DNA of 63,795 bases, the filler included, from Octopus bimaculoides (lineage: Eukaryota): assembly GCF_001194135.2 (NCBI RefSeq). It is 9 parts of 9 records of this genome, joined end to end, with 100 filler letters (N's around TTAATTAATTAA, not from the genome) between each part and the next. Parts side by side here need not be neighbours in the genome. Positions count along the whole stretch, not along the records: positions 61,069 to 63,795 come from NC_069008.1; 8 more parts are not named here. One strand, written 5' to 3'. The notes beneath the pieces are model-generated. The model had not been told where the DNA came from, did not search any database, and saw nothing but the letters and a program-made list of their open reading frames with translations. Both the position numbers and the translations under genes were made by a program. Positions 61,293-63,795 of this stretch are shown piece after piece; position 1 is the stretch's first letter; each line of letters begins with the position of its first letter.

Positions 61293-61658
61293 CACAAAGC
61301 AACAAGGCAATTTCTGTGGTTGCTCAGCCTGCTAGAAACAGTAGTTTCATTCCCTCAACTCTCAATGTACCATCATCATGATTACCACCCCCAGCACCAT
61401 TATCCTCATCATCACCATCATTGGTATATCCTCCCCTCTTCCATGGTTGCATAGGTCAGACAGAATTTGCTGAGTCAGATTTTTTGCTATGGTCAGGTGC
61501 TCTTCCTCTCATCAATCTCTCATCTGTTTCCACGTAAGGTAATATTTCCCCATGGTTGGATATGTTTTCAGGAAAAAATTGGAAATAAATGACACAGCTT
61601 GTATGATAGTGATATTCATTTATAACTATCACAAAACAGACTCACACAAACATGTATG

Positions 61659-61697
<39 letters not shown>

Positions 61698-61982
61698 GCA
61701 CACTTATAGGCTAAGCTTCTCTCAGTTTCTCTTTACCAAGTCCACTTATAAGGCTTTGATCAGCCCTCAGCCATAATAGAAAACGCTTAACCCAAGTTAC
61801 CACATGGTGGGACTGCACTAGAAATCATGAGCTCAAGAAGCTATAAATGCACTCGTTAAAAAATAAAGCCATGTTTGATATGCTAAATTCGGGGTTCCCT
61901 ACACATAGAAAATAATGTAGGATAGTCAATACCAAAATGTTGTTGATTATCATCATTCATCATTGTGAAATCATAGTCATGG

Positions 61983-62278
61983 CTAATGCCAGTGCCACCT
62001 GGCTGGCCCCTGTGCTGGTGACATGTAAAAAGCACCATTCATGCATGGTCGATGCCAGTGCTGCTTGACTGGCCCCCATGCTTGTGGCATGTAAAAAGCA
62101 CCCACTACACTCTCAGACTGGTTGGTTTTAGGAAGGACATCCAGCTGCAGAAAACTTGCCTGATCAGATTGAAGCAGTCTCTTGGCTTGCCAGTCCTCAG
62201 TCAAACCATCCAACCCATGCCAGCATGGAAAGCAGACGTTAAACAATGATGGTGATGATGATAATGATGATGATGATA
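61983..62278 (+). mobile_element. RTE 3' UTR/tail fragment
   Basis: Two GCCAGTGC..ACTGGC...GTAAAAAGCACC subrepeats, tail ending in (GAT)n. Confidence 0.85.
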
Positions 62279-62289
62279 TTATCCTCATC

Positions 62290-62890
62290 ATCTTTTAACA
62301 TCATTTTCTATGCTAGCATGAGTTGGACAGCTTGACAGGAAGTGACAAGATCAGGGTCTACACCAGGATTCCATAGTCTAATTTGGCTTGGTTTCTACAG
62401 TTGGATACCCTTCCTAAAGCCAAACACTTTACAGAATGTACTGGGTGCTTTTTATGTGGCACCAGCATCCACATCAATGATTTATCCAAGGCATCTTGTT
62501 TTTAAGATCTCAATGCTGTTGTGGTAGGCAGGTCATCTTGAATACAGCAATGCCCCACATATCTCAGTCCTCTGTCATCTCCTTCATAAGGCATTTTGAG
62601 ATTGGCCTTCAATACTTCATCCCATGTCTTCCTGGGTCTCCCTCAATTTTGTTGTGGGCAGGTCTTCTTAAGTACAGCAATGCACCATATATTTCAGTCT
62701 TCAGTCATCTCGTTTGTAAAGTTCAACATTTTGTGATCAGCCTCCAATACTTTGTCCCATATTCTCCTGGGTCTCCTTCATCCCCAACTTCCCTTCAGCA
62801 CTTCTCTATGTGACTGCCCTCATGCATCTGCATCACGTGACCAAGCCAGCACAGTCTCTTCTCCTGATCATAGGTTGACCCATCCAACAA
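62290..62890 (-). mobile_element. RTE ORF end + 3' tail, tail-to-tail with 61983-62278; ORF end tandemly duplicated
   Basis: Minus strand RLCWLGHVMQM, GRPR.(T/I)WD.VL twice (62527-62642 and 62657-62776), tail TCCAACTCATGCTAGCATAG...GTTAAA. Confidence 0.82.
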
Positions 62891-63457
62891 TATGCATTCC
62901 ATTTTTGTATTCTTTTTATTTGTTTTAGACATTAGGGTGCAGCCATTCTGGGGCGCCACCTGCAGGAATTTTTGTCAAATTAATTGACCCCAGTATTTAT
63001 TTTCTTTGTAAGCCTGGTACGTATTCTATCAGTTATGAAGACATAAAACACACCAACATCAGTAGCCAAGAGGTGGTGGTTGGATAGTCACTGACACAGA
63101 CACACACATATAGNNNNNNNNNNNNNNNNNNNNNNNNNNNNNNNNNNNNNNNNNNNNNNNNNNNNNNNNNNNNNNNNNNNNNNNNNNNNNNNNNNNNNNN
63201 NNNNNNNNNNNNNTCTGTGTTGACTTTTTGGAACTCTACTTCGCTCTCGTTGATCATCTCCATATATATATATACAATGGGTTTCTTTCAGTTTCTGTCT
63301 ACCATATCCTCTCACAATGCTTTGGTTGACCCAAGTCTATAGTAGAAGACACCCACCCAAGGTGCCATGCAGTGGGACTGATCCCAGAACCATGTTGTTG
63401 GGAAGCAAACTTCTTACCACATAATCACACCTGTGCTTATTTTTAAATATATAAAAT

Positions 63458-63795
63458 CAGGTTGGTGCAAAGCTAATGGCCGATTTTAAGGTCCCTATTA
63501 AAAATGAAAAAGCCCATGATTAAGATAATATTTATTCATTAACATAATTTCTGTTGCATTCTAGAACTTCATCCCATCTGTCAATAAGCTTATAAATGCC
63601 ATACTTGTAAGATTCTTTAGGTTTTGATGCAAAATATGCATCCAACTCAAACCTCTTCCTTTGATGTCAACCTAAGACCATTCAAATGGTTCTGTAGCCC
63701 CCGAAACAAGCAATAATCAGAAGCAGCAAGGTCTGGAGAATACAGACGATGAAGCAATATTTCCCAACCAAGCTCTTCCAAGAGATCTTTGATCA
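63458..63795 (-). mobile_element. mariner (DD34D-type) 3' fragment with TIR
   Basis: TIR CAGGTTGGTGCAAAGCTAATGGCCG. Minus-strand LEELGWEILLHRLYSPDLAASDYCLFRGLQNHL (YSPDLAPSD signature). Confidence 0.9.

Noticed and set aside
18191-63315. Dozens of ORF-track entries such as [12 protein letters not shown], poly-S/T/H/E and X-filled ORFs
   Set aside because: Translations of microsatellites or N gaps, with no splice or homology support.

Overview
AT-rich, gap-ridden eukaryotic (animal) genomic DNA. The microsatellite load and the SINE/RTE repertoire look like an octopus (coleoid cephalopod) assembly; this is my recall-based inference, not a search result. Only one host coding exon is supported: the terminal exon of a netrin gene (NTR/C345C domain, 26204-26523, + strand, clean splice acceptor). 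The rest is transposon debris and simple repeats: RTE LINEs (one near full length with a PHD finger inside the RT region, one with a 5' inversion), three Naiad-type Penelope-like elements (PLEs) plus another PLE RT fragment, HERO-like and R4/Dong-like RLE retrotransposon pieces, a CR1-like fragment, Tc1, mariner, maT (DD37D spacing) and hAT relics, Helitron-like non-autonomous repeats, and many tRNA-derived SINEs. The most striking signal is not in the ORF track. Six complete and one gap-truncated type I hammerhead ribozyme (HHR) folds occur in three unrelated repeat families. All have a 2-bp stem III with a self-complementary loop (dimer type) and an enlarged, structured stem II. They occur mostly as inverted pairs whose 3' ends run into (TA)n microsatellites, including a 1.1-kb non-coding foldback element. 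A further minimal HHR candidate has an atypical core. Eight 100-bp gaps carry an artificial TTAATTAATTAA linker, so adjacency across them is not guaranteed. All folds and alignments were done by eye.
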